Below are positions 25,042 through 25,165 of a stretch of 25,165 nt of DNA, piece after piece. Position 1 is the stretch's first letter. Each line of letters opens with the position of its first letter. The DNA is from an uncultured bacterium (GTDB lineage Bacteria; Bacteroidota; Bacteroidia; NS11-12g; UBA9320): positions 1 to 25,165 of the forward strand of contig CAWVTO010000001.1 in the NCBI GenBank assembly GCA_963932895.1. Reading direction: 5' to 3'. Below the pieces are notes generated by a model. The model made no database searches, had not been told where the DNA came from, and was given only the letters and a program-made list of their open reading frames with translations. The position numbers were made by a program, and so were the translations under genes.

Positions 25042-25165
25042 GTCAGTAATACATGGCTCATTGATTGCATCAAAGTAACTACTTAGAAACTAAACAGAGA
25101 AAGAATACAGTGATAAGAGAGGCCGCGTGTGTTAAAACACTCCTCTGCCTAAAAGAGTCGCACCC

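Noticed and set aside
25132-25164. Possible 3' tail of another - strand gene (…GATLLGRGVF*)
   Set aside because: Only 11 codons are visible at the window edge; it cannot be supported.
1-25165. CRISPR arrays, tRNA/rRNA genes, IS elements, integrases, phage or defence genes
   Set aside because: By eye I found no regularly spaced repeats, cloverleaf or rRNA-like segments, terminal inverted repeats or recombinase motifs; intergenic gaps are too short to hide most of these.

Overview
A densely packed, AT-rich housekeeping region from a Bacteroidota chromosome. The assignment rests on TAnnTTTG -7 promoter elements, A-rich start regions without an obvious Shine-Dalgarno, tandem ompH-ompH-murI, and the PPIase-lipoprotein-surA-moxR cluster. 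Cell-envelope genes dominate: murI, two Skp/OmpH chaperones, two SurA-like PPIases plus a related lipoprotein, dsbD, gmhA, a GH73-LysM autolysin and an MscS/YbdG channel. Also present are tRNA modification genes (trmB, mnmE), two adenylate-forming enzymes (LuxE-like, MenE-like), a DnaQ/GIY-YIG fusion nuclease, an SSS symporter, a LOG-family protein and several uncharacterised secreted or lipoproteins. I see no rRNA, tRNA, CRISPR array, transposase, integrase or defence system, and I cannot support a claim of a wholly new multi-gene system. The best leads are: murI has no canonical start codon upstream of its essential N-terminal motif; the mnmE 3' end looks like an integration (att) site; a 52-aa membrane microprotein is missed by the ORF track; several genes appear near-leaderless; two genes overlap head-to-head; a possible sRNA or small ORF lies upstream of mnmE; and a translationally coupled autolysin-symporter-LOG operon may act in peptidoglycan recycling. 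Product calls come from motif recognition by eye, not database searches.
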